Made by a program: the position numbers and the translations under genes. A DNA stretch of 64,000 nt from NCBI RefSeq assembly GCF_009914755.1, contig NC_060928.1, one strand, 5' to 3'. Below the pieces are notes generated by a model that was not told where the DNA came from, ran no database searches, and was given only the letters and a program-made list of their open reading frames with translations. Below, one piece after another: positions 1 through 16,421 of this stretch (position 1 is its first letter; every line of letters starts with the position of its first letter). This stretch comes from the human T2T-CHM13v2.0 reference genome, Homo sapiens.

Positions 1-298
<298 letters not shown>

Positions 299-763
299 TA
301 AAAAAAAATAAGTAAGATACTTTAACAGACACTTGCCAGAAGACAAAACCTAACTGGCCAGTGAAAATATCAAAATATGTTCAGCCTCATTAGCAATTAG
401 GAAAATTCAAATGGAAACACTATGGAATATAATTTTATACCCATGAGACTGACAATAATTTAAAAAGACTGACAATAAGGATTGATACGTGGTACAAAAG
501 GAAATACTACTACTCATAAATGCATGAATTCGGACAATAACTTTGAAATACAAGTTGGCATTTCTTTGTAAAATTGAATCATTCTTATAACATAATAGTT
601 CTATTCTTAGGAGGAGGAATTCTTGACACATGTATGCATCAGCAGCCATGTAAAAGAGCATCATTGTTTGTAAAAGGAAAAAAACAACAACTGAAAAATA
701 TTCCAGAAGTCCATTGATAGGATAGTGGGAAACTAAACTGTGATGTATTTGTGTATCTGAATA

Positions 764-1299
764 CAGTCATGTGTGGCTTAACAACAGGGATATGTTCTGA
801 GAAATGAGTTAGACAATTTCGTCATTGTGTGCACATATCATAAAGTGTACTTACACAAACCTAGATGGTATAGCCTACTACACACCTAGGTTATGGAATA
901 TAGCCCATTACTCCTAGGCTACAAACCTCTATAGCATGTTACTATACTCAATACTGTAGGTAACTGTAACACAATGGTAAGCATTTGCGTATCTAAACAC
1001 AGAAAAGGTACAGTAAAAATATGATACAAAAGATAAAAAATGGTATGGCTGTGTAAAGCACTTACCATGAATGGAGCTTGCAGGAAGTTGCTCTGGGTGA
1101 GTGGTGAGTGAATGGGAAGGCCTAGGACATTACTGTACACTTAGGCTATATTTAATTTATTTAAAAATATAGTAATTGCACTAGAATGTTATCATGGCTA
1201 CAACATCACTAGACAATAGGCATTTTTTTCAGCTGCATTGTACACTGTTGTGCATGTGGTCCATTGTTGACTGAAGCATCCTTATGTGGCACATGGCTG
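764..1299 (+). mobile_element. Tigger3-family (Golem) non-autonomous DNA transposon inside an old L1M 3' fragment
   Basis: TA|CAGTCATG...CATGGCTG|TA inverted termini with TA TSD. Confidence 0.85.
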
Positions 1300-1777
1300 T
1301 ACTTTTCAACAGATAAAATAAGGAAACTACAACTACTTTCATCAACATGAATGAATCATGAATATAATGGTAAAATTTAAAAAGCAAATTATAGGAGAAT
1401 AATACATTGACATTGTTTAGACAACATTCAAAGACAAGCAAACTATACAATATATATTTTATATATAAATACATGAGTAACATGTCCAAAGGATAATAAA
1501 ACTCAGGAGGGCGATTATCTTTGGGGAGAATGTAGAGAATGTGATTAGGGAAGTGAAAAAAGGGTTTAGTGATAATGACAACATTTTGTTTCTTAAGCTG
1601 GTATATGGGTGTTTATTATTATGCTTTATAAATTATAAGTTATATACATTCCATAGTTACCAGGGGTTTCATAAATTTTTAGAAAGCTGATTAAGGTAAA
1701 TCACTGGACTTTCTTGCTAATATAAATGTATCTGGTATCTGTGGCTCCAAACCAGAATATAGTTCTAACCAACTTCA

Positions 1778-2350
1778 AATGAATTAGACTTACAGAACTA
1801 CACATTCTAGAGATGTGACCTGTGAATATCGAAGCATCCATTGTTCTTAACTCACGTCAAGCAGGAGAGTACTGAGATGGATGACATGTTTGTGAGCTTA
1901 TTTGTGGACCCTCTCCAAGATGTTAATTCTCTTAGTTGATACTTTAACAATCTGTACTATCCACAATGGTTTTAAATAGAATAATATATTTACCAAGAAG
2001 GAAGGTGGAAAAAGAAATTGAAGAAATAACAAAGACAAGGAAGAAGGCGATCATAGTGAAAGAGATGAGAAAATTAAGATAATTCCAAGTAGGAAATTAA
2101 GTCAAGAGGTAAACAGGAGAAGGTATGTCCCCTAGCAATTCCAGAAAGTACACGCTGGGTTTCCAATAGTGCTTAGAATGAGGGTTCAAGCCATTTATTT
2201 AAGTTTTAAAAGAAGGGATTTATTGAGTATTATATATGGACCCTATATCCAAGTACTGATAATGAACCTTATTTGTCAACATTGGTCCTTTAATACCTGT
2301 TCTATTTCAAAAATTAAATTGTTGATCCCTATTTACTTAAATATCTCCAT
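1778..2350 (+). pseudogene. Putative decayed extended-Tudor domain, unit 1 (N-terminal extension plus Tudor core)
   Basis: 1778-1975 reads NELDLQNYTF*RCDL*ISKHPLFLTHVKQESTEMDDMFVSLFVDPLQDVNSLS*YFNNLY. 2182-2301 reads GFKPFI*VLKEGIY*VLYMDPISKY***TLFVNIGPLIPV, then a frameshift gives ISKIKLLIPIYLNIS. These resemble the eTudor motifs V.ITHV..F.VQL..LN..Y, DG.WYRA, FVDYG and I..L.P.F..LP. Recognised by eye only. Confidence 0.6.
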
Positions 2351-5300
2351 TAATTTGGTTCTGATTTTACTTCAGAAGGAAGGTAAAAATGAGAAAAGTA
2401 GAAAATTAACCTTTTTAAATAATAATGACATTAGCAATATTACCAACTAGAAGTCCCCTTTTCTCATCTCCTTGACACAGACAGCCCAAATAATGAATGA
2501 GCAACTACATTTTAACAAATAACTAAGGGAGTGTGACGGAGTACATCAAAGGATTTAACAGAAACCCTGATGAACACAGAAACTCAGGATAGCCACACAG
2601 AGAACAGAAGGAAACAGCAGGCTTCCAGCACCCCATCCCCTAGCTGGTATCAGCTGGGAACCAGGAAGAACTTCTCCCTATGGCAAGGAGGTTAAGGAAG
2701 CCCCCATCAACACCTTTGACACCTACTGTTCTCACCACTGGGGTCCCCTGCAGTCCTCACACTGTGCGCCACCTCCTGTGGCTTGCATGGCGATACCTTG
2801 AGCGCAGGTCTCAAACCTTTGGAGCATCCCTTCTTCCCTGGAGTCAGGCCAAGACTGTGCCCTGCCTGCCCTGGAGTAGAATCACAGCCAACCTTACCCT
2901 CCTTGACCCAAGCTCTAGAGGGTGTCTCAGTGTGCAACCTACAGTCAACTTTAACACAGAGAGAAAACCTGCACCCCAAAACTCAGGTGCCACAATAGCT
3001 TTGCACTAAGACAAGCCGTGAGCAACTGTTTCCCCCTTCCCTCTGGGGTTGGGCAGCAGTGGAACTGCTTCACTTACTCCTCCTCCCTTTACTCCCTCAG
3101 GCCAGAGCAGAAGCTGTGCACTCTCTCTTGGGGAAATGATGCTTTGGAAGAATGGTTCCATCTACCACTCTCAGCTCTGGCTATGTCCTACCACTAGAGG
3201 CCTGAGCTGAAACTGTGCACCGCTTTCTGAGGAAACAGTGCTTTGGTGGAGGTCTACATCCTGGAAAAATGGTGTAGGGACCACCCAGAACAGTCATGTC
3301 CCCCAGGTCTAAGCTGAAATGGCACATCACCCCCTTGGGAATTGGTGCCTTGGCCAAGTTGAGTAGCTGTGTAGTCCAGGGCTGAGTTGATGTAGTACCC
3401 TGTCTCCCAGGGAAACAGAGCAGTGTCTCAGTTGAGACACTTTGTCCTACAGGCCAAAAATCTCTAATAACCTGCTTCCTTGGAGAGGAACTAGGGCTCT
3501 AGATCCTGAGCTGCTAAGATACCCCTCTCCCTGGGGAGTGGAGTCATCACTGTGCTGCTCCCTGCCCTCCAGGGCCTAAACAACAGCTGTCCTCATCCAT
3601 TCTAGGGTACTTGCTACTGCTGCACCCAGCCTCAAAGTATCTGAGATACTGCTGAGCCCCACCATCCCAGGATTTAGGATCACTGCTACATGGTGCCTCA
3701 TCGTTAAGGACCTATCCCTAACGACCTAGGTTGCCCACGAGCCCTATTGGTTTAGACTTCTGAATTGCAGCCATACCCTGTACCGTGGTCTCAAACCTTT
3801 AGAGTAGCCCTTCTTCCCTGGTGTCAGGTCAGGGCTGTGCCCTGCCCCTCTGGAACAGAAGCACAGCTACAACCTGACCCCCTGGACCCAAGCTCCTAGG
3901 GAGTGCCTTAGGGTCAGAGACACTTGCTCAGTGTGCAACCTATATTCAACCTTACCACACAGAAAAAACCTATACCCCCAAACTCAGCTGCTACAATAGC
4001 TTTGCAAGACCCTGAGCCTAGGCCCCTGCCCCAGAGCCACTCCAAACATTTGCACCTAAAACCTGGAACCCAGCACCATTGTAGCTGCTTTTAGGATGTG
4101 TCAGACTTGACACCAGGAGGGCTCTCCTCACCTAAGTCCTCTTATTGTGGGGAAAATGAATATAAAGGGAGCCCAAAGGCCCTTGCTGCAAAGGACATTA
4201 ACAACTGATGCCACCACTGCTGTTACTTCAGACTTCTACAGTCTAAGCCACTGAGGCATCCACAGCTATTGCTGATACTGAACACAGCCAAAGAAGTTGC
4301 ATGGAGATCATATCACCATACCTGGAATGCACTCTAGAAACAAAGTTGCAACACCCTTCCTTCAACCAGCATGCTAAGACACAATTATGGTTGCAAGTCC
4401 TTCTGTAAGAAAGCCTCTTTAGAAAGTTTGGAAGAGGTGATTGTTCCATCATGTGCACGAAAATAAATGCAGGGACACAAGAAACATGAAAAAGCAAGGA
4501 AATATGACACCATCAAAGGAGCATAATTCTGTAGCAACAGACCCCACTGAAAAGGAAATCCATGAATTCTCAGAAAAAGAATTCAAAATGATGATATTAA
4601 GGAAACTCAATGAGATACAAGAAAATACAGGTAGGCAATTCAATGAAATCAGGAAAAGAATTCATGATATGAATGAGAAATCCAACAAAGAGATACATAT
4701 CTATCATTAAAAAGTCCTAAGCATAAATTCTGCAGCTGAAGAATTCAATGAATGAAATAAAAAATATGTTTAGAGAGCTTCAACAGCAGATTTGGTCAAG
4801 CAGAAGAAAGAGTCTCTGATCTTGCAAATAGGTCATTTGAAATACCCAGCTAAAGAAAACAAAAGAAATGAGAATAAAAAAGAGTGAAGAAAGCTTATAA
4901 GACTTATGGGATAGCATTAAGTGAACAAATGTTCATAACATGAGAGGTCCAGAAGAAGAAGAGATAGAAAAAGCATAGAAAAGCCTATTTATGCCTCAGA
5001 AGAAGGAGCAAATGAAAAAAAAAGAAAACCTATTTAATAAAATAACAGATGAGAACTTCCCATCTGGAGAGAGATATGAACATCCAATTCAGGAAGCTCA
5101 AAAGTTCCTAAATAGATTCAATCCAAAAAGGTCCTCACCAAGACACATTATAGTCAGATTGTCAAAAGTCAGAGACAGAAAGAATTCTAAGAACAGCAAG
5201 AGAAAAGCATCAGGTCACATACAAAGGAATCCCCATTAGACTAACAGCAGATTTCTCAGCAGAAACTTTATAGGCCAAGAGAGAATGAGATGATATATTC

Positions 5301-6414
5301 AAAGTAATGAAAAAAAAATTGTCAGCCAAGAATACTATACCCAGCAAAGCTATTCTTCAGAAATGAGGGCAACATAAAGTTTTTCCCAAAGAAGCAAAAA
5401 CTGAGAAAATTCATCAATACTAGATCAGCCTTACATAAAATGCTCAAGGGAGTATGGCATCTAGAAGAGAAAAGACAATAATTGCCCTCATGAAAACATG
5501 CAAAGTACAAAATTCACTGGTAGAGCAAATACAGAAAGGAGAAAGAGAAAAGAATCAAACTTTATCACTATAGAAAACCATGAAACTGCAATGATGAACA
5601 GTAAGAGAGGAACAAAGGATATACAAAACAACCAGAAAATAATTAACAATATGACATGAGTAAGACCTCACATATTAGTAATAACCTTAAATGTAAACAA
5701 ATTAAATTTCTCACTTAAAATATATAGATTGGCTAACTGGATTTAAAAAAGAAAAATGACCCAGCTATATGCCACCTACAAGAAACTCATTTCACCTATA
5801 AAGACACATATAGACTGAAGTGAAAGAATGAAAGAAAATTATTCCATGCAAACAGAAAACAAAAGTGAGCAGGAATTGCTATATACTTATAAATTAAGTC
5901 AAAAGGTGCAAAAAGAGACAAAGAAGGTTATTATATAATGATAAAGGGTTCAATTTAGCAAGGGTATATAACAATTGTACATGTATCCGCACCCAACACT
6001 GGAGCACCCAGGTATATAAAACAAATATTAATAAATCTAAAGGGAGAAATGGCCTTCAATACAATAATAGTGGGGGATTCAACACCTATAGTCAACATTG
6101 GACAAATAATCTAGACAGAATATCAACAAAGAAGCATTACATTTAAACTATGCTTTAGATCAAATGAACCTAACAGATATTTACAGAACATTTTTATCCA
6201 ATAGCTGTAGAATACACATTGTTCTCGTCAGCACATGGAATATTCTCTAGGATAAACCACGTATTAAGCCACAAAACAAGTTTCAAGAAATTTAAAAGAA
6301 TTGAAATAATATCAAGTATCTTTTCTGACCACAATGAAATAAGACTGAAAATTAATAAAAAGAGGAACTTTCCAAATTGTACAAATACTTGGAAATTACG
6401 CCCCCCCCCCCACC

Positions 6415-6704
6415 TTTTTTTGAGACAGGGTTTCACTATGTCACCCAGCCTGGAGTGTAGTGGCATGATCACAACTCACTGCAGCCTTGATTTCCTGGGC
6501 TCAGGCGATTCTCCCACCTCAACCTCCCAAGTAGCTAGGACTACAGGTGCACACCACCACACCCAGCTAGTTTCTTGCAGTTTTTGTAGAGATGGATTTT
6601 TGCCATGTTGCCCTGGCTGGTCTCAAACTCCTAGGCTCAAGCAATCCACCCACCTGAGTCTCCCAAAGCACTGGGATTACAAGCATGAACCATTGAACCT
6701 GGCC
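6415..6704 (-). mobile_element. AluJ within L1 ORF2
   Basis: Alu consensus; explains the chimeric ORF 6219..6731. Confidence 0.9.
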
Positions 6705-7932
6705 AACACCACATTTTTGAATGACCAATGAGTCAATGAAGAAATTAAAAAAAAATTTATTGAAACAAATGAAAATAGAAGCACAACATACCAAAACATG
6801 GGATACAGCAAAAGAAGTGCTAAGAGGGAAGTTTATAGCAATAAACACCTACATGAAAAGATTAGAAAGATTTCAGATTAAAAAAAAAACAATGCATCTC
6901 AAGGAACTAGAAAAGCAGGAACGAACCAAACCAAAATTAGTAGAGGAAGAGAAAGAATAAAGATAAAACAGAAATAAAGGAATTTGAGACTAAAAAAATT
7001 ACAAAAGATTAACAAAAGGTTGTTTTTTTTAAAAAAGATAAGCAAAGCTGACAAGCTATTAGCTAGATTAAGAAAAAAGTAAAAAGACCAAGTAAATAAA
7101 ATAAAAAATGAAAAGGGAGAAATTACAACTGATAACTCAGAAATAAAAAGGACCATTAACCACTACTACGAACACCATATGCCAACAAATTGGAAAACCT
7201 AGCAGATATGGATAAATTTCTGGATGCATACCTCCTATCAAGATGGAACCAGGAAGAAATAGAAAACCAAAACAAACAATAATGAGTAATGAGATTGAAT
7301 CAGTAATAAAAAACTCTCATCTAAGAAAATCCCAGGTCCTAAAATGGCTTCACTGCTGAGTTCTATCAAACATTTAAAGAAGAACTGATTCTCAAAATCT
7401 TCCAGAAAATTAAAGAGGAGGGAATTCTTCATTCATCTGATGGGGCCACCATTACCCTGATATCAAAACTGACAAAGATACAACAAAAAGGAAAACTGTA
7501 GGCCAATATCCCCATTGAATAGAAATGCAAAAATCCTAGGAAACCACATCCATCAGCACATTAAAAAGATCATTCACATGGTCAAGGGGAATGAATGCAA
7601 AGATAATGCAACATATGCAAAATAAACATGATACATCACATCAATAGAATGAAGTACCAAAAACTATATGATCATTTCAATGGATGCAGAAAAAAATATT
7701 TGACAAAATTCAAAATCCCTTCATAATAAAACCTCTCAAGAAACTAGGCATAGAAGAGTATACCTCAACACAATAAAGGCCATATCTGATGAACTCACAA
7801 CTAAATTATACTGAATGGGTTCCTCTAAGAACAAAAATAAGACAAGGATGCCCACTCTCCTCACTCTTATTGAGCATAATACTGGAAGTCCAAGCAGGGC
7901 AATCAGGCAAGAAAAGAAATAAGGGGCATCCA

Positions 7933-8234
7933 GGCTGGTCATGGTGGCTCATGCCTGTAATCTCAGCACTTTGGAGGCCAAGGAGGGTGGATTGCTTGAG
8001 CTTAGGAGTTCAAGACTAGCCTGGGCAACATGATGAAACCCATCTCTACTAAAAATAAAAAAATTAACTTGGCTTGATGGCACATGACTGCAGTTCCAAC
8101 TACTTGGGAAGCTGAGGTGGGAGGACTGCTTGAGCCTGGGAGTTTGAGCTACAGTGAGCTGTGAGCATGCTATTGCAGTCCAGCCTGGGTGAAAAAGTGA
8201 GACCCTGTCTCAAAAAAAAAAAAAAAAAAAAAAA
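7933..8234 (+). mobile_element. AluJ within L1 ORF2
   Basis: Alu consensus, poly-A tail, TSD core ggcatcca. Confidence 0.9.
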
Positions 8235-10041
8235 GACCGGCATCCAAACTGGACAGGAGGAAGTCAAATAGTTCTTGTTTGCAGACATGATCTTACATAT
8301 AGGAAAACACTAAAAGCTCAACCAAAAAACTCTTAGAACTAACTGATAAATAAATTAAGTTGCAGGATATGAAATTAATATATGAAAATTTATAGCCTTT
8401 CTATACAACAACAAACTAGCAGAAACAGAAATCTTGAAAGCAATCCCATTTTCAATAGCCAGCAAAAATTACCTAGGAAGAAATTTAATCAAGGAAATGA
8501 AAGATCTCTACAAGCCAATCTATAAAACACTAGTGAAGGAAATTGAAGATATTACAAAAGTGGAAAGACATTCCATGTTCATGGATTGGAACAATTAATA
8601 CTGTGAAAATGACCATACTACCAAAAGTCAATGCAATCCCTATCAAAATACCACAGGAATTCTTCACAAAAATAGAGAAAAATTTAAAAAATTTGTATGG
8701 AACCACAAAAGCTCCAAAAAGCCAAAGAAATTCTGAGCAAAAAACCAAAGCTGGAGGCATCACATTACCGTATTCCAAAATATACTACAAAGCTGTAACA
8801 ACCAAAACAGCATGGTACCGGCATAAAAACAGACACATAGACCAATGGAACAGAATAGAGAACTCAGAAATTAATCCACATATCTACAGCCAATTGATTT
8901 TTGACAACAACACCAAGAACACTCATTGGGGAAAGATCAGTGTCTTTAATAAGTGGTGCTGGGAAAATTGGATATCCATATACAGAAGACTAAAACTAGA
9001 CTCCCAACTCTAACCCTATACAAAAATCAGCTCAAAATGTATCAAAGACCTAACGGTAATACTTAAAACTGTAAAACTCCCAGACAAAAACAGAGGAAAC
9101 ACTCCAGGATGTTGTTCTGGGCAAAGATTTTATGGAAAAGACTTCAAAAGCACAAGCAACAAAAGCAAAAATAGACAAATGGCACTATATGAAACTAAAA
9201 ATCTTCTGCACAGCAAAATAAAAACAATCAACAGAGTGAAGAAACAACCCACAGAATGGGAGGAAATATTTGCAAACTATTCATTTGACAAGGGATTAAT
9301 GTCCAGAATATCCAAGGAACTGAAATATTCAATAGCAGAAAAACAAATAATCTGATTTACAAATGGGCAAATGAGCTGAATAGATCCCTTTCAAAAGAAG
9401 ACATACAAATGGGCAACAGATACATGAGAAAGTGCTCAACATCACTAATAATCAGGGAAATTCAAATCAAAACCACAATGAGATATGTTATCCCAGTTAG
9501 AATGGCTACTATAAAAAAGGCAAATATAACAGATGCTGGTGAGGATGTAGAGAAAGGAGAACTCCTACACACTGTTGGTGGAAATGTAAATTAGTACAGC
9601 TATTATGGAAAACAGTATGGAGATTTCTCAAAAAACTAAAAATAAAACTACTATATGTTCCAGCAATTGCACAGCTGGCTATATATTTAAAAGAAAGGAT
9701 ATCAGTATATTGGAAAGATATTTGCACACCCATATACGTTGCAGCACTATTTACAATAGCCAAGATATGGAATCAACCTAATGGCTGAATAAAGAAAATG
9801 TGGTAGATAGAGACAATGAAATATTATTCAGTCATAAAAAAGAATGAAATCATGTCATTTGCAGCAATACAGAACTGGAGGTCAATAAGTTAAATAAAAT
9901 AAGCCAGGCACAGGAGGATAATGAATTGCATGTTCACACTCATGTGGGAGCTAAAGAAGCTGATTTCATGGAGGTAGGAGGTATAATGATGATTACCGGA
10001 AGCTCAGAAGGAGGAATGAAGAGAGGCTGGTTAACGGATAT

Positions 10042-11178
<1,137 letters not shown>

Positions 11179-11197
11179 GTATTAAAATACAGTTAGA

Positions 11198-11325
11198 GTA
11201 AGGAGCAGTAGCTCGAGCCTGTAATCTCAGCTACTTGGCAGGATAAGGTGAGAAGATAGTTTGAGTCCAGGAGTTTATGACAAGCCTGGGCAACATAATG
11301 AGACCCCATCTCTTAAAAAAAATTA
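11198..11325 (+). mobile_element. Free Alu monomer (FLAM-like) in the L1 3'UTR
   Basis: Single left-arm-like unit with A tail; TSD aaaatacagt on both sides. Confidence 0.75.
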
Positions 11326-11580
11326 AAAATACAGTCAAATAGAAGGAACAGGTTTCAGTGTTCAATAGCACAGTTGGGTGACCATACTTAAAAATAATCT
11401 TTTGTATATTTTAAAATAGCTAGCAGAGATTAGGAATGTACCCAACACAAAGAAATGATTAATGTTTGGGGTGATGGATATCCCAGTTACCCTGATTTGA
11501 TCATTACAAGTTGTATGCATGTATCTGTGTCACATGGACCCCACAAATATGTATAATTATTGTGCGTGAATTAAAAATTT

Positions 11581-12360
<780 letters not shown>

Positions 12361-12895
12361 ATTTTTTTTTTTTTGCAAATACAGTCACTTGTATCACTAA
12401 GCAAGTTTCATTTTGCTGCTTCTCAGTTATTCAACACCCTCCCCTTTTAATTCCAGGCTATCCATCTCTAGATTAGTCTTCTAGTTTCAAATGAATGGAA
12501 TCCTACAGCATGAACTCTTGTTTCTCGCTTCTTTCATGCAGCACATTTTTGTGACTTAAACATATTGTATCAATAGCTCATTCTTATCTATTGCTGAGTA
12601 ATATCCTATTTTCTGGATATACCACAGTTCCTTATCCGTTCATCAGTTGACAAACATTTGGGTTGTTTCCAGTTATTGGCTACTATGAATAAATTTGATA
12701 TTAACATTCCCCTGCAAGTCTTCATGTGGACGTATGTTTTCATTCCTGTCAAGTAAATACCTAGGAATGTAATGGTTGGGAGTTATGCAAGGTGTGTATT
12801 TAACTTTTTATGAAACTGCCAAACTGTTTTTTCCAAAGTGGCTATATCATTTTACATTTTCTTTTTCTTTCTTTTCTTTTTTTTTTTTTTTTTGA

Positions 12896-13234
<339 letters not shown>

Positions 13235-14281
13235 TAACTTGAGTCATTTCAAGTATGTCAGCTGTAGGTTTATTTGTTTATTACTGTTTTAGATGAACTT
13301 TACCAGATTGAGGCATTTCCTTTCTATTCCCAGTTGGCAGATATTTTATGAGAAACAGAGGTTGAATCTTCTCAAATGTTTTTACTGCATTTATTAAGAT
13401 AATCATATGGTTTTTCTTTTTTAGTCTGTTAATATGATGAGTTGCATTGATTGATTTTCAAATGTAAATTCATCCTGCATTCCTGGCCTATCTGCCATTT
13501 GGTTATGATGAATTGTTCTTTTTATATATTTTTGGGTTTGACTTGCTAAAATTTTGATAAACATTCTTTCATCAAGCATAACACATACAATTATGTACAG
13601 CACATACTACTTGATAATGATAATAAATGACTCTGTTACTGATTATTTACTATACTAAAAATAAAATATTTTTCAGTCAGGATCTTGCTCTATCACCCAG
13701 TGGGGAGTGCAGTGGCACAATCACACCAGCCTCAATCTCCTGGGCTCAAGCAATCCTCCTGCCTCAGCCTCCCAAGTAGTTGGGACTATAGGTGCATGCC
13801 ACCATGCCCAGCTAGTTACACAATTTTTTTGTGGAGATAATGGTCTCCCTGTGTTGCCCAGGCTGGTCTCAAACTCCTGGGCTCAAGTGATCCTCCCACC
13901 TCGGCCTCCCAAAGTGCTGGGATTACAGACATGACTGTGCTTGGCTGAAAAAAAATTTTTTTCATAAATGTTCACGAGGTGTATGAGGCTGTAGTACTCT
14001 TTTCTTATAATTCTCCCACCCCTCTTTTTTTTTTTAGCTTTGGGAACAGTCAATGTTGCACTCTTAGAACAAGTGGGAAAATGTTCCCTGCAGGCCTCTA
14101 TTTTGGAACAGCTTGTGTGGAATTGGTACTATTTCTTCAAGAAATGTTTGGTAGAATTAATCATTGAAGCCATCTGGGCCCAAAGTTTTCTTTATGGGAA
14201 GGTTTTAAACTAAAATTGAATTTTATAATTAGATATAGGGCTCTACAGATTTTTTGTATCTTCTTGGATGAACTTTGGTAG

Positions 14282-14677
14282 TGTTATGGACTGAATGTTT
14301 GTGACTCTTCAAAATTCATGTTGAAGCCCTAACCCCCAGTGTAGCTGTATTTGGAGATGGGGCCTCTATGAAAGTTAAATAAGATCCTAAGTGTGGGACC
14401 CTGATCCTCTAGGATTAGTGCCTTTGTGTGCTTGTAAGAAGAGACAACACAGAACATTCCCCCATCCTCCCATTGCACCACTGAGGAAAGGCCATGTGAG
14501 AATGTAGCGAGAGGGTGACTATCCACAAGGCAAGAAGAGAGCCCTCGCCAGAAACCAAATCAGCCAGAACCATGATCTTGGACTTTCAGCCTCCAGGACT
14601 ATGAGGAAATAGATTTCTGTTGTTTATGCCACCCAGTCTATGGTATTTTGTTATGGCAGCCCAAGCCGACTAATATA
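14282..14677 (+). mobile_element. MaLR solo LTR (MLT1A-like)
   Basis: Starts tgttatggactgaatg, ends gactaatata; 5-bp TSD ggtag/ggcag. Confidence 0.85.
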
Positions 14678-15552
14678 GGCAGCTTTCTTTTCAAGAAATT
14701 TGAACATTTTTAATAAATTGTCAAATATATCGGCATAGATAGTTCACAACATTCTTATTATCCATTTAACGTCTTTTAGAGCTGTCACTTGGCCTCTCTC
14801 ATTTCTGACATTTAAAATTTATGTATTAAGCACTTTTTAGTCTAGCTAGAGATTTATCAATTTCATTAATGTTCTTAAGAATTAGCTTTTGGCTTCTCTC
14901 ATTTTCTGTTTACATTTCATTGGTTTCTCTGCTTTTTTTAAAAAACCGTTTCCTCTTTTCTATTTTATATTTAACCTGTTTTCTTCTGGTTTTTTAAGGT
15001 GGAAGTTTAAGTTATTGAATTGCTTCTTTTACAATGTGTCTAATGTTATAAATTTCACTCCTAAGCTCTGTCTTAGACACATTCCACAAATTTAGATATG
15101 TCACATTTAAATTTTCAATCAGTTCAAAATATTTTCTAATTTTGGCTGTGATTTCTCATTTCATCCGTGAGTTATTTAGAAATGTGTTTAGTTTCCAAAT
15201 TTGTAAAGCTTTTCCAGAAATCTTTTTAAAAAATGGATTTAATTCCATTGAGACCAGAAAACATACTTTGTATGATTTGAATCATTTAAAATATCTTGAT
15301 AGGTTATTAATGTCCAAACTATGGTTTATCTTAGTAAATGTACCATGTACACATGAAAATATTGTTTGTTTTACATGAAATGTTTTATAAATGTCAGTTG
15401 GGCTTAGTTCACTATTTTCTTCCGAGTAGCTGATTTGCTATTTGTTATACATGCATTTTTCATCTATAGAACTTCTACTTGGTATATATACATAAAATCT
15501 GACATGCCTTTCTTCTTCATGTTCATGCTTTCCTCTACCTTTAGAAAATGTA

Positions 15553-16421
15553 CAATTGCCCATCAATATCTGTGGGTTATTGGTTCCAGGACCCTGTGGA
15601 TACCAAACTCCATGGTGCTGAAGTCCCTTACTAAAACGGCATAGTATTTGCATATAACCTATGCATATCCTCCTGTTTATCTTAAATCATCTCTAGACTA
15701 CTTATAATACTTAATACAATGTAAATGCTATGTAAATAGTTGTTACACTGTATTGCCTTTAAAATTTGTATTTTTAATTGTTGCATTCTTAAGTTCCGGG
15801 ATACATGTCCAAAACATGCGTATTTGTTATATAGGTATGCATGTGCCATGGTGGTTTGCTGCTCCTATCAACCCATCATCTAGGTTTTAAGCCCTACATG
15901 CATTAGGTATTTGTCCTAAAGCTCTCCCTCCCCTTGCCCTCCCCCCCGCAACAGGCCCCAGTGTGTGATGTCCCCTCCCTGTGTTCATGTGTCCTCATTG
16001 TTCAACTTCCACTAATGAGTGAGAACATGTGGTGTTTGGTTTTCTGTTCCTGTTAGTTTGCTGAGGATGATGGCTTCCAGTTCTATCCATGTCCCTGCAA
16101 ACGACATGATCTCATTCTTTTTTTATGGCTGCGTAGTATTCTACAGTGTATATGTACCACATTTTCTTTATCCAGTCTGTCATTGGTGGGCATTTGAGTT
16201 ATTCCATGTCTTTGCTATTGTAAATAGTGCTGCAATAAACATACGTATGCATGTATCTTTGTAGTAGAATGATTTATATTCCTTTGAGTATATACTCAGT
16301 AATGGGATTGCTGGGTCATATGGTATTTCTGGTTCTAGGTCCTATTTTTGTTTCAAATATTTTTTGATCTGCAGTTGGTTGAATCTACGGATTTGGAACC
16401 TCCAGATAGAAAGAGCCACTG
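15553..16421. mobile_element. MER2 DNA transposon interrupted by a 5'-truncated L1PA 3' end (about 15788-16341, minus strand)
   Basis: MER2 motif ttggttccaggaccc...gatacca; L1PA tail gtgccatggtggtttgctgc. Confidence 0.8.

Noticed and set aside
2169-2450. 93-aa ORF as an intact small gene
   Set aside because: GTG start; only part of it (ISKIKLLIP) is in the Tudor-like frame, and it runs into the L1. Treated as pseudogene debris.
6401-6414. Poly-C run as a possible G-quadruplex or regulatory element
   Set aside because: Sits at the tail/TSD of the antisense AluJ; most simply a mutated insertion junction.
4441-9594. L1 ORF1/ORF2-like ORFs, including 6219..6731 and 8543..9013
   Set aside because: Broken pieces of a dead L1; 6219..6731 is an L1/Alu chimera. 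No retrotransposition-competent element.
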